From sequence record PZ793367.1: a stretch of 62,283 bases of DNA. One strand, written 5' to 3'. The notes beneath the pieces were generated by a model that worked only from the letters and a program-made list of their open reading frames with translations, was not told the origin of the DNA and searched no databases. Position 1 is the stretch's first letter. The number at the start of each line of letters is the position of its first letter. The DNA comes from a phage. Of this stretch, positions 48,489-56,742 are shown in pieces. Both the position numbers and the translations under genes were made by a program.

Positions 48489-49118
48489 TTAATCCGCGCT
48501 AATGAATGAATCCACATCCGGCGGCCACACGTCTTGCGGCTGCGGCGGTAACGCGGGTTTGTTATTGAGTTTGGCGTAAGCCTTACACACCCACTCAACC
48601 TGGTACCGGGCATCATGCAGCGCGTTATGATACTGGATATGTGCCGGACGCGTGCGGGGCATCTGCATACCTGCAAGCATCATGATTGTGCGCATGTCGT
48701 AGATATTCCAGTATTTCCACGGGTATTGATGTCCATACGTGCTGATCACAGGGTTGGTTTGACGTAGCCACCATTCAAGCTGGGCGATGTCCATCACCGA
48801 TCCGTTACCCCAAATGCCGGAGTTGCCCAGGTTGTATTTATAGAACCACTCACGCAGGCTGCGCGCCACGTTTCGCGGGTCGCTGGTACCGTTGTACGCT
48901 TCAGCCCTGGCCGCCTCGTCCTGATCTTCCCACCACTTCAGGGTAGAAAGGCTGGGCGTGCCGTACTTCTGCGCCAGATTGCGGTCCATGCGCTCGTAAA
49001 ACTCTGCCACAATCTCACCGCTGGTGATGTCGAACGCTACCAGGCCGATGGTAAGGATTGGACCGTTTGGCTCGACGCTGAGGTTCTCAACGTCTGCCAT
49101 CACATGAATATTACTCAC
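48489..49118 (-). CDS. DnaQ-like (DEDDh) 3'-5' exonuclease
   Basis: MADVEN, WGNGSVMD and HNALHDARY exonuclease motifs; GTG start with GAAGGAG RBS. Confidence 0.7.
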   Translation of the reverse strand: MSNIHVMADVENLSVEPNGPILTIGLVAFDITSGEIVAEFYERMDRNLAQKYGTPSLSTLKWWEDQDEAARAEAYNGTSDPRNVARSLREWFYKYNLGNSGIWGNGSVMDIAQLEWWLRQTNPVISTYGHQYPWKYWNIYDMRTIMMLAGMQMPRTRPAHIQYHNALHDARYQVEWVCKAYAKLNNKPALPPQPQDVWPPDVDSFISAD

Positions 49119-49351
49119 GGCTTAAGCTCCTTCAGTGAGTCGCGCCAGTCGACAACTTGCGTGTCGAGTTTCGGGCAGTCGGTAACGTAACAGGTTTCGA
49201 CAGCACCGTAACCGTTTCGAGGCCACCATACTTCAGCTAAAATGAATGGCTTACCTACGAACGCGTAAACCGTTCCGTCACCGTCAGCCGCCAGATGAGT
49301 GGCTCTATTAGGTACGTCCACCGCATACCCAAAGTATTCAACTGTTTTCAC
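49115..49351 (-). CDS. hypothetical protein
   Basis: 78-aa ORF, translationally coupled to neighbours. Confidence 0.5.
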   Translation of the reverse strand: MKTVEYFGYAVDVPNRATHLAADGDGTVYAFVGKPFILAEVWWPRNGYGAVETCYVTDCPKLDTQVVDWRDSLKELKP

Positions 49352-49842
49352 TTATTACTCTCCCCATCCAGTACGGCAGCGCACAGGCTATCAACCTGCA
49401 CCACGATCACCCGGTCTGAAAGCGCTTCGAATGCTGCGCAAACTTTAGGGTCATCCTCAAAGCACGTAAATTTCTCAGTGCCGTAGGTCTTCAGCAGGCG
49501 GAGCAGGGCATCAGCTTTGAACTCTTCCGCGCTGCGGTGGTCGTCCATCGGTCGCATCTGCAACTTAATGAGCGTGCGGCTTAACTCCAGATCATTATGC
49601 AGGCGGTCCATCGTCGGCAGGTAGGCAGACTTACCGCGCCCGGTAAGGAAGCGCACATCTTCGCCACTGGCTAACAGTTGTTTGATGATAGCCAGCATGT
49701 TAGGGATCGGCTTATCACCACGGCACGCACCATTAAACTGCGCCCAGGCTTCGGTGCTGTTGCGTTGGTCGCCAGTCGGCATCAGGTGCGCGCGGTGGCG
49801 ATTGTCGTACAGGGTACCGTCTAAATCACAGATGTAGATCAT
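49348..49842 (-). CDS. HAD-superfamily phosphatase
   Basis: DLDGTL motif I at N-terminus; GGAGATG RBS. Confidence 0.65.
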   Translation of the reverse strand: MIYICDLDGTLYDNRHRAHLMPTGDQRNSTEAWAQFNGACRGDKPIPNMLAIIKQLLASGEDVRFLTGRGKSAYLPTMDRLHNDLELSRTLIKLQMRPMDDHRSAEEFKADALLRLLKTYGTEKFTCFEDDPKVCAAFEALSDRVIVVQVDSLCAAVLDGESNK

Positions 49843-49897
49843 TTCAATATCATCTCCAGCACTTTATAGAATCCGTAACACAGTACGATAAAAACTA

Positions 49898-50239
49898 TTA
49901 ACGCGAATAGCGAGTCCATAACTTTAAAGTCTCCGTAAAAATATACTCGGCCAGGTAGGTTAGTGCTTCATGGTTGTCATGGTCAACCCTGATCCCTACG
50001 TGATTTAAAACATCCCATGCTGAGTGTATAGCTTCGTGCATCACCAGCGACGGTGAAGGCTCCCTGATATACACCACACATGGCCCTATGTGCTCAACGG
50101 TAGCGAAGGCGTTTGTTAATGCGTAATCATCGCCCTTGCGGTCCGGGAAGTCCTTCAGGTATTTTTCCAGGCTGAAGTAGACCCGGAGTTTTCCTGGGTA
50201 GATTTTGAATTTGATGATGCCGTCTGCCATAGTACCCAC
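49898..50239 (-). CDS. small HExxH-motif protein (possible mini-metallopeptidase)
   Basis: VMHEAIHSAWD zinc-binding-like motif in a 113-aa ORF. Confidence 0.4.
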   Translation of the reverse strand: MGTMADGIIKFKIYPGKLRVYFSLEKYLKDFPDRKGDDYALTNAFATVEHIGPCVVYIREPSPSLVMHEAIHSAWDVLNHVGIRVDHDNHEALTYLAEYIFTETLKLWTRYSR

Positions 50240-50424
50240 TCGTTTCGCTCATCGCCCGGTACCAGCCAGCCTTCTTTAACCAGTTGGTCGCACGTTTCAT
50301 CAAGACTGGCGGGAACAACCTTCGCCCCCGTCAGCGCCCAGCGGTGGCCGCCTACTTGCTGCGGGTAATGGTACAGCTTCGCACCCGCTTTAAGTTCGAC
50401 CGTCAGCACATAGCCGCGCATCAT
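50155..50424 (-). CDS. hypothetical protein
   Basis: 89-aa ORF overlapping the downstream gene by about 80 bp; C-terminal part low-complexity. Confidence 0.35.
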   Translation of the reverse strand: MMRGYVLTVELKAGAKLYHYPQQVGGHRWALTGAKVVPASLDETCDQLVKEGWLVPGDERNEWVLWQTASSNSKSTQENSGSTSAWKNT

Positions 50425-50711
50425 GACTTGCTTAACTCCATACCGTCAAGCGCGAAATCCAGGATAGCCGCCGGGTCTTTCTTGCGGATAGTCTCGGCAA
50501 AAATCTTGATGGTCTTCGTGCAATTGTAAGGCGTGACCAGCTTGTCATTATTACGGTCAACCACAATACACGCCGGGATAGTGTCCTTTTCTGTCAGGAT
50601 TGACGTGTTAAAAAAGTCGTAACGGTACGGCAACGGGGTGTTAGCGTGTGCTACGTTCATGCCTACAGCCATTGCCGCGTATGCAGCCACAATCATAATA
50701 ATGTATTTCAT
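50421..50711 (-). CDS. exported periplasmic protein
   Basis: N-terminal signal peptide MKYIIMIVAAYAAMAVGMNVAHA followed by two-Cys mature domain. Confidence 0.5.
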   Translation of the reverse strand: MKYIIMIVAAYAAMAVGMNVAHANTPLPYRYDFFNTSILTEKDTIPACIVVDRNNDKLVTPYNCTKTIKIFAETIRKKDPAAILDFALDGMELSKS

Positions 50712-50974
50712 TTTAAAGTCCTCAGTGATAGGAAAAGTTTTTCGCGGCGCGACTCAAACGCCCGGCGACAGTCGTCGATTGCGGCTTGTGCTGTAAGGTA
50801 CGCATTACTTTCGTACTCACGTTCATCGTTAGCGCGAGCAACGCATACCCATGTACCGTTACGATAACGCTTCAGTAAATGCGAATCGCGTTTGTATTGA
50901 CATGCACCCATATTGTCAAAGCTGATCAGTTCCCAGCCTTCCGGTGCGATACTCAGTGCTTCGTTTACGTTCAC
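50708..50974 (-). CDS. small protein of the xPxGW family
   Basis: SIAPEGWELIS motif; GTG at 50974 with AGAGGG RBS preferred because promoter P2 lies inside the longer ORF. Confidence 0.4.
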   Translation of the reverse strand: MNVNEALSIAPEGWELISFDNMGACQYKRDSHLLKRYRNGTWVCVARANDEREYESNAYLTAQAAIDDCRRAFESRREKLFLSLRTLK

Positions 50975-51005
50975 TCGATTAACCCTCTGTGTTGTTGGTA
51001 AACTA

Positions 51006-51034
51006 AATATAATTGATGGCTTCCATGCCGTCAA
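51006..51034 (-). promoter_or_regulatory. sigma70-like promoter TTGACG-17-TATATT
   Basis: Nearly identical over about 35 nt to the promoter at 61016-61044. Confidence 0.5.
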
Positions 51035-51043
51035 GTAAATCAT

Positions 51044-51256
51044 TTACCAACTAGCAAAACATTTATCAGTCGGTTGGCGGATCATCCATTCACCATAAAT
51101 AAACTTAATCGTTAGAAACGTGTCGTTGCGGTTACCTTTAATCGCCTTAACTTTTAGCGCCCGTCTAAGGTTCCGCCAGCGCGGCTCCCATACCAGATCG
51201 CCAGGGTTAAGTTTGCCGTAGGTAGTCAGGCGGAAGTGTGGTTTATTTGTTGCCAT
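51044..51256 (-). CDS. hypothetical protein
   Basis: Internal ATG at 51256 chosen to limit overlap with upstream gene. Confidence 0.35.
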   Translation of the reverse strand: MATNKPHFRLTTYGKLNPGDLVWEPRWRNLRRALKVKAIKGNRNDTFLTIKFIYGEWMIRQPTDKCFASW

Positions 51257-51896
51257 CGGATGGTACCCCACACAGCGCGTTAAGCGTGGACACATCAAGC
51301 GCAATCTCGGTTGACTGCGGTTTCTCAGCCGCCGGGATTAACTCAGCCGCTTCCGGCCAGGCTTTTAACAGCGCGGCAACATTACGGAACGGCTTAAGCT
51401 GGGCTTTCAGTGTGGCGTGAAGGTTCTCGTAGTCCTTGCGCAGCGCCTTAGCGTCAGCATCGATCGCCATAAGCTCATCGCGTGCGGATTCATACGGGTA
51501 GACCAGACCTTCACCAACAGGCCAGGCGGGTACGATGCAATGCTCGACGTCAGCGCCGCTGTCAGCGAACAATGACCGCGCCTCATCATAACGGTTGCCG
51601 TAGTGCAGACCGTCAATGCGTAAGTTGTGACTGTGACCGCACACGTTGACGTAAAAGTAATCGCTCGTTACCTGAGCGTGAACAGTGCCGAACGCTTTTA
51701 AGTCGTCATTGATATGGTCAGCATCACGCTTGAGCGCCAAGATTTCCTCAATACTCAAGCCGGATTGCTTCAGGAAGTAGTCACGGATACGCACAGCCAC
51801 CGCAGAGCGACGGGCGCAGATGGCCTTGTCGCGTTCGACGATACCGGATTTGTGCTCGGCGTTGCGTAAGATAGCGTCTATAATTGATTGTTTCAT
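51243..51896 (-). CDS. hypothetical protein adjacent to methyltransferase-like gene
   Basis: 217-aa ORF, start overlaps methyltransferase-like stop (TAATG). Confidence 0.5.
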   Translation of the reverse strand: MKQSIIDAILRNAEHKSGIVERDKAICARRSAVAVRIRDYFLKQSGLSIEEILALKRDADHINDDLKAFGTVHAQVTSDYFYVNVCGHSHNLRIDGLHYGNRYDEARSLFADSGADVEHCIVPAWPVGEGLVYPYESARDELMAIDADAKALRKDYENLHATLKAQLKPFRNVAALLKAWPEAAELIPAAEKPQSTEIALDVSTLNALCGVPSDGNK

Positions 51897-52594
51897 TATT
51901 TGTTAGCCTCATATACTGCACGGGCAAAGCCGCGCGGGGTTAATGATCGGATGGTTTTAGTCTTCGCAGACTTGCCGCCTAACTTGTGGTACTGTTTGCT
52001 GTACCCTGGCGGGATGGGTATTGGCAATTTAACAGGATACCGGAAGCCGTTACCCGTCCAAAGGTTTGTAGTCTTCGGATACATGTCGCGCGCTTCGATG
52101 TACTCAGGGAAGAACGGATTAATGTCATCTTCCGGCAGGTACCCGGCAAACTCCCACGGCTGGAAAGTATAATCAGGCTTTTGCCATAGCGTTGATAATA
52201 CTCCGCGCGGGTTCTCCACCATGTACGGAACGTTAAACCAGCACCCTAAACCCTCGGCAATGCGTGCGGTCTTCGTGGCCTCAATCTGAAAATCAGGATT
52301 CTTCTCACGCTTTCGCGGGAAGGCTGGCGCACCGGATACCGCTAAATCCGTGCACGGTGGGAAAGCAAAAATTAAATCCGGTGTTCCCCACTCACCCGCG
52401 ATCGCCTTCAGAGTCCACAGGCTATCAATCCAGGCGTTTACGTAGTGAATGTTTGGATGCTCCACTCGGCACCCGAATTTAGTGTAAGGCCCGTGGTCGC
52501 CCTCGTCCGCGTTGAAGCAGTAGACGGTATGACCCGCCTCCGCCCACGGCTGACCCATCAGGCCGGACCCGTCGAACAGGGACCAGATGATCAT
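51896..52594 (-). CDS. truncated DNA (cytosine-5)-methyltransferase-like protein
   Basis: SLFDGSGL (motif I FxGxG), FAFPPCTDLAVSG (motif IV with PCT instead of PCQ), MVENPRGV (motif VI ENV); only 232 aa, no obvious target-recognition domain. Confidence 0.55.
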   Translation of the reverse strand: MIIWSLFDGSGLMGQPWAEAGHTVYCFNADEGDHGPYTKFGCRVEHPNIHYVNAWIDSLWTLKAIAGEWGTPDLIFAFPPCTDLAVSGAPAFPRKREKNPDFQIEATKTARIAEGLGCWFNVPYMVENPRGVLSTLWQKPDYTFQPWEFAGYLPEDDINPFFPEYIEARDMYPKTTNLWTGNGFRYPVKLPIPIPPGYSKQYHKLGGKSAKTKTIRSLTPRGFARAVYEANK

Positions 52595-52827
52595 TGCATT
52601 TTCTCCAGACCTTTACGCGCACAGTCAACCATGCGTTCGATCACATCTTCCGGCACCATTGCCTGAGTGAGCATCACCTTGCTAACAACGCGCGATATAC
52701 CCACCTGCGCCCCGGATACATGGTCGTAACCACGCCAGACAAATTTAATACAGTGTGCATCAGTTGAGATTTCACAGCGAAAACCGTCGATGTGCACCAG
52801 TTCCAGCAGCTTCATAAAGTCAATCAT
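52591..52827 (-). CDS. hypothetical protein
   Basis: 78-aa ORF. Confidence 0.4.
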   Translation of the reverse strand: MIDFMKLLELVHIDGFRCEISTDAHCIKFVWRGYDHVSGAQVGISRVVSKVMLTQAMVPEDVIERMVDCARKGLEKMQ

Positions 52828-53003
52828 CGTGTTTTCTCCAGCCGCTCCAGTCGGTCAAATAGCGCGTCTATAGCATCATTGCGTACCAGCGGATCGACTT
52901 CTTGTTTGCGTCCGCACGTCAGGCAATAGACCTCATCTTTCAGAACCTGGCGTGCTGTAGGTTGCTCCACTGCCGCGCCGCACTTGCAATAAGCCCATGC
53001 CAT
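52824..53003 (-). CDS. small zinc-ribbon protein
   Basis: CKCGAAVEQ...CLTCGRKQ; internal ATG at 53003. Confidence 0.4.
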   Translation of the reverse strand: MAWAYCKCGAAVEQPTARQVLKDEVYCLTCGRKQEVDPLVRNDAIDALFDRLERLEKTR

Positions 53004-53004
53004 A

Positions 53005-53232
53005 TTATTTACCCCACCATTTCTTTTTCTTTTCCAGCCAGGCGCAAGCCTCGTTGATAGTGTTGTAATTCTGCGACATCTCGCCGTTGTAGCGTGCGAA
53101 ATATCCCTCATAAAATTTAACAATTTCGTTCCCGTTGCGATCCGCCCACACCGCCGAGTCGTTGCGACTGTCAAAGCTGGTCAGCTTAAAGCCGCCAGGT
53201 GTTAACGCTAAAGCCTGCTCGATGGTCATCAT
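53005..53232 (-). CDS. small protein of the xPxGW family
   Basis: ALTPGGFKL ... NEACAWLEKK pattern shared with family members. Confidence 0.45.
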   Translation of the reverse strand: MMTIEQALALTPGGFKLTSFDSRNDSAVWADRNGNEIVKFYEGYFARYNGEMSQNYNTINEACAWLEKKKKWWGK

Positions 53233-53423
53233 GATATTAATTCCCCTACCGTTACATTGAGCGCCGCAGCTAACTCGGTTAGCGTTTTCAGGCGCGGATT
53301 GTTCGCTTTAAGTACCATGAACAGAGCGCCACGTTTCCAGCCTGCGCGCCGTTCCACCTCACTAAGACTTATGGCCTCCCGCTCGGCCAGGTATTGCACA
53401 CGGGCTTTTAAATTAATCGCCAT
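53229..53423 (-). CDS. Cro/C1-type (XRE-family) helix-turn-helix regulator
   Basis: LSEVERRAGWKRGALFMV...LTELAAALNVTVGELI; ATG at 53423 sits 4 nt after a UUCG hairpin. Confidence 0.6.
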   Translation of the reverse strand: MAINLKARVQYLAEREAISLSEVERRAGWKRGALFMVLKANNPRLKTLTELAAALNVTVGELIS

Positions 53424-53429
53424 AGTTTG

Positions 53430-53443
53430 GGGGCCGAAGCCCC
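53430..53443 (-). other. GGGGC-UUCG-GCCCC hairpin in 5' leader of HTH regulator gene
   Basis: Identical core to hairpins at 3285 and 10395. Confidence 0.45.
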
Positions 53444-53451
53444 ACCCTTTA

Positions 53452-53637
53452 TTACTTTTCACCACCCTTAGCCACAGCATCACGCGACGTCTGCGCGTTC
53501 TCGGCGCGTTGCTGCGCGTTAGGTGAATCGGACTCAGCGCGCCCGGTTTGACCGGATACGTTTGGATTGTACCCGACGTTAGCAGAGCAACCAGCCAGCA
53601 GAGTAGCCAGGATGATAGCGATGATAGATTTAGACAT
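53452..53637 (-). CDS. small lipoprotein
   Basis: MSKSIIAIILATLLAGCS lipobox; AGGAG RBS at ATG 53637. Confidence 0.5.
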   Translation of the reverse strand: MSKSIIAIILATLLAGCSANVGYNPNVSGQTGRAESDSPNAQQRAENAQTSRDAVAKGGEK

Positions 53638-53699
53638 GTTTGAAGCTCCTATTGTTTGTGATGGAAAGGAGGCCGCCACCACGTCGACCATAAAATTTG

Positions 53700-53816
53700 T
53701 TAACGCCAGAGTTCTACCGGAAGACCGAACACGAACCGGAGAACCGCCCACACTGCAACCATTGACATCACCCACAATGCCAGGGAAAAGGCAAGACCTG
53801 TGATTATGCTTTGCAT
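53700..53816 (-). CDS. tiny transmembrane peptide (38 aa), unlisted in ORF track
   Basis: MQSIITGLAFSLALWVMSMVAVWAVLRFVFGLPVELWR; AAGG RBS; TAATG overlap with upstream peptide. Confidence 0.4.
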   Translation of the reverse strand: MQSIITGLAFSLALWVMSMVAVWAVLRFVFGLPVELWR

Positions 53817-53950
53817 TACAACCGCCTTAATTGTGTGATAATGTCGTTAAAGGTGGCGTAGTCGCACGTCATAACCCACAGCGCTGACAGTATGAAAATG
53901 GCGATTGACAGTTTAAGTGCCGCGCTTGCGAATACATTAAAACCAGCCAT
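53816..53950 (-). CDS. tiny transmembrane peptide (44 aa), unlisted in ORF track
   Basis: MAGFNVFASAALKLSIAIFILSALWVMTCDYATFNDIITQLRRL; shares ALWVM core with the downstream peptide. Confidence 0.4.
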   Translation of the reverse strand: MAGFNVFASAALKLSIAIFILSALWVMTCDYATFNDIITQLRRL

Positions 53951-54296
53951 AGATCCCCCCGCAGTGTTTCATTGCGTCGTACAGGTTAGAAAATGCCATA
54001 CCTTGTGTAAGGCCGTTCATGGTGTACCATTTACCGTTACGCTCGTCCAGCTTGATAGCCCGGTTTAACGCATTGTGATAAAGGGCGTTCCCACCGTACA
54101 CGCGGACCATGTAAACTTCCCCGTTGCGTGCGGTCACTGACACGGTGATCAGATGACCTTCCTCGGTACCCACCAGGGTAGCACCGTCACAAAAGTAAAT
54201 GTTATCGCCCTGGTGCTCGCTGCGCTCCAGCGGAAAGTCTGTAATATGCGCGACGGCAGCAATGATTCTCGGTAAGTTACTCACAGGAACCCCCAC
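53937..54296 (-). CDS. hypothetical protein (GTG start, uncertain)
   Basis: 119-aa ORF beginning at GTG without clear RBS. Confidence 0.35.
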   Translation of the reverse strand: MGVPVSNLPRIIAAVAHITDFPLERSEHQGDNIYFCDGATLVGTEEGHLITVSVTARNGEVYMVRVYGGNALYHNALNRAIKLDERNGKWYTMNGLTQGMAFSNLYDAMKHCGGIYGWF

Positions 54297-54446
54297 ATTT
54301 CACAAATATATTTCACGGTTGCCGATATTGCGATCAGCGTCATGCAAGCACTTAACACAGCTACTAAATGATCTTTCACAGGAAACCCCACAACGTTAAC
54401 GAAAGATAGCCCAGCGTTACATAGAAACCGATTGTTAATGTAGTGC

Positions 54447-54725
54447 TCACTGGCTGGCCTCCTTCACCATCCGGGCAGCTTCGCGCATTATCTTAGCGCG
54501 GTTGGCTACCGTGGACTTGATACCGTGCTGAGCTAACAGGCGGCGCGTCGTGGTAAACTGGTGCGGCGGGAAGATAGCCGCAAAAAAGTTGTCGTCGTAA
54601 CGCTCCAGTCGGTCGAGGTCCACCAGGTCAGCTACTGCGTGACGCATAGCCTTTGATACAAAGATTGACCAGTCGGTACCCTCCGGTGCCTTGCGTGCTA
54701 AGGTATTCATGACACCATCTCCCAT
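54447..54725 (-). CDS. hypothetical protein
   Basis: 92-aa ORF. Confidence 0.4.
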   Translation of the reverse strand: MGDGVMNTLARKAPEGTDWSIFVSKAMRHAVADLVDLDRLERYDDNFFAAIFPPHQFTTTRRLLAQHGIKSTVANRAKIMREAARMVKEASQ

Positions 54726-54967
54726 GCGTGATGAACAATCTTACCCATTGCCTCATCAAAGCTATTGCATTGCACACTATCGAGATTGCGGAACCGTACC
54801 AGGTTATCGCGGTAAGCAACAGCCATCAGGTGAGCGCCATAATACAATTCGATCTCAATAGAGTGACCTTTGTTAGCCTTTATCACCCAGCCGAGCGGCA
54901 ACACGTTAGCGCGCCCGGTGTTTTCTGCATAGGCCAGCGCTTCGGCTGGCGTTGGGTATTTGTTCAT
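54707..54967 (-). CDS. small protein of the xPxGW family
   Basis: NVLPLGWVIKANKGHSIEIELYYG ... FDEAMGKI. Confidence 0.5.
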   Translation of the reverse strand: MNKYPTPAEALAYAENTGRANVLPLGWVIKANKGHSIEIELYYGAHLMAVAYRDNLVRFRNLDSVQCNSFDEAMGKIVHHAWEMVS

Positions 54968-54969
54968 GA

Positions 54970-55287
54970 TTAAAATCTCACGTTGGTGATAACGATTACC
55001 GGTTTATGACCCATGTTGTAGGTATCACCGAACAACAGCGGACCCATAGTGAAGTCACCGCGTGAAAGGTTACGTGCTGACACCGTGTATACCAGACCGT
55101 TATGCAGTACGGTATCACCCGGCTTGATTGCGCTAATGTGCTTGCCGACTAACTGCGCGTCTTTGTAAACGCGGATGTTATATTCAGGCGCTACCGTCTT
55201 TTTCAGGGAAGCGATCACCGCCTCGCTATCCAGCATGTTGATATTTTCTGCCGCCATCAGTGCCGCAATATTTTCTAATGCTTGCAT
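54970..55287 (-). CDS. hypothetical protein
   Basis: 105-aa ORF. Confidence 0.5.
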   Translation of the reverse strand: MQALENIAALMAAENINMLDSEAVIASLKKTVAPEYNIRVYKDAQLVGKHISAIKPGDTVLHNGLVYTVSARNLSRGDFTMGPLLFGDTYNMGHKPVIVITNVRF

Positions 55288-55359
55288 TTGCTTATCTCCT
55301 GTTACGGGGTGTTAGTGGTTTTATTGGGGCACCTCGCAAGATGCCCTGTAAATCCGCTA

Positions 55360-55599
55360 TTACTTGATGATGAAGGCGAATCCGGTACCGTCTGGAGTTT
55401 CGCCGCTGGCGATGATGTTCCACTCAATCCCGGTACGCTCTTTCAGGTCAGCAACCAGCGCGTTGGCCGCTTCGGTGTGCGCTTCTTTAATCTCAGCAAC
55501 CGGGTAAGCGATGGTCACTTTACCGTACCAGCATTTGGCAACGATGCGAGCGCCACGGGAGTTAGTAGGAGCCAGGAATTTAGTAATGATAGTTTGCAT
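55360..55599 (-). CDS. hypothetical protein
   Basis: 79-aa ORF. Confidence 0.5.
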   Translation of the reverse strand: MQTIITKFLAPTNSRGARIVAKCWYGKVTIAYPVAEIKEAHTEAANALVADLKERTGIEWNIIASGETPDGTGFAFIIK

Positions 55600-55652
55600 G
55601 ATATTTCTCTCTCTTTTTGAGGTGGGAAGCGGTATTGCCTCCCAGTGATTTA

Positions 55653-55681
55653 AAGATACTACTAACCAGATTTAGCGTCAA
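55653..55681 (-). promoter_or_regulatory. candidate sigma70-like promoter TTGACG-17-TATCTT
   Basis: Extended -35 ACTTGACGC matches the conserved early-promoter family; weaker -10. Confidence 0.35.
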
Positions 55682-56006
55682 GTAAATTTATCATTAATTT
55701 TATCATTTCCTCGTCGGGTCGGTAGGAATTGTCGCGGCACATCTCGTTAATTCGGTCCGAAACACTCCTAAGTTTTTGTTTTAACTCGCAATACTTCAAA
55801 TGCTCGTCATGGTTGCGAGCTATGGGGAAACATGGGTATTCATGCACGCAGCCGTCAGACTTACGCACTCTTACGCTGCGACCTCTTACAAAAACCTCTA
55901 TATATTTCCGACCAATGTTAACAACGTTACCCGGTCCACTGGTTGCAGGTCGATCGGTTTTGATAAATACAACATCACCCTTCTTTAACTCGTTCCACCA
56001 TTTCAT
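55662..56006 (-). CDS. hypothetical protein
   Basis: 114-aa ORF. Confidence 0.5.
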   Translation of the reverse strand: MKWWNELKKGDVVFIKTDRPATSGPGNVVNIGRKYIEVFVRGRSVRVRKSDGCVHEYPCFPIARNHDEHLKYCELKQKLRSVSDRINEMCRDNSYRPDEEMIKLMINLLDAKSG

Positions 56007-56332
56007 AATTGCACCACCAGCTTGATATAGTCGATGGCGTCATCCAGCGTCCTGACGTGTACCGGGGGACGGTCCCGCAGATGCACGACGATGTAATTGG
56101 TGAACTGAACGCAGCGCGCGAACTCGTCGCCGTCCGGGTAACGCACAACCCACACCGCTGATCCTTCTTTCGATACTACATAACCCTCGATGACCGGAAG
56201 GCGCGCAGGGCACTCGACAGGCGGAGCCAAATCTATGATCGCATCCTTAAGCCAGGCGGTGACCTCTGCGGGTGATTTGCCGTTTTCCAGGGCGTGCAGG
56301 GCGTTGATAATATTAGCGCGTGCATTATTCAT
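56003..56332 (-). CDS. hypothetical protein
   Basis: 109-aa ORF. Confidence 0.5.
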   Translation of the reverse strand: MNNARANIINALHALENGKSPAEVTAWLKDAIIDLAPPVECPARLPVIEGYVVSKEGSAVWVVRYPDGDEFARCVQFTNYIVVHLRDRPPVHVRTLDDAIDYIKLVVQL

Positions 56333-56742
56333 TTGTTCAGACCTCCATTAACAATAAAATTAAATGCGTCTTTAAAGTTATTAAAGCGGTGGCGCGGTAC
56401 TGTACCAGCATCGCACACCACATAACGCACACCGACTTTAACAATCTGGCCTACTCGCTTGTCGTCATGTACACGGGCAACGCGCCAGGTATGCACGCCT
56501 ATCTGCTCCGCCTTATAGCGGATTTTGAATTTAAGGTACGCCGCCAGCACCTTGTCGGCCCACTTCTGACGCTCGGATGTCGGCACAAACGACGAGCAGC
56601 GATCCGCCAACTTAAAGGTATTGACGGTTAACCCCCAGTCGTTATGACAAGAAAGGTACACCGAGAAAGGCGTGAATTGCAGGCGCACGTTGCGATACTT
56701 AAAACTCTGTTTTACTGCATGGTTAACGGTTACTTTACGCAT
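56329..56742 (-). CDS. hypothetical protein sharing a motif with the upstream gene
   Basis: NVRLQFTPFSVYL...TFKLADR...QKWADKVL. Confidence 0.5.
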   Translation of the reverse strand: MRKVTVNHAVKQSFKYRNVRLQFTPFSVYLSCHNDWGLTVNTFKLADRCSSFVPTSERQKWADKVLAAYLKFKIRYKAEQIGVHTWRVARVHDDKRVGQIVKVGVRYVVCDAGTVPRHRFNNFKDAFNFIVNGGLNK

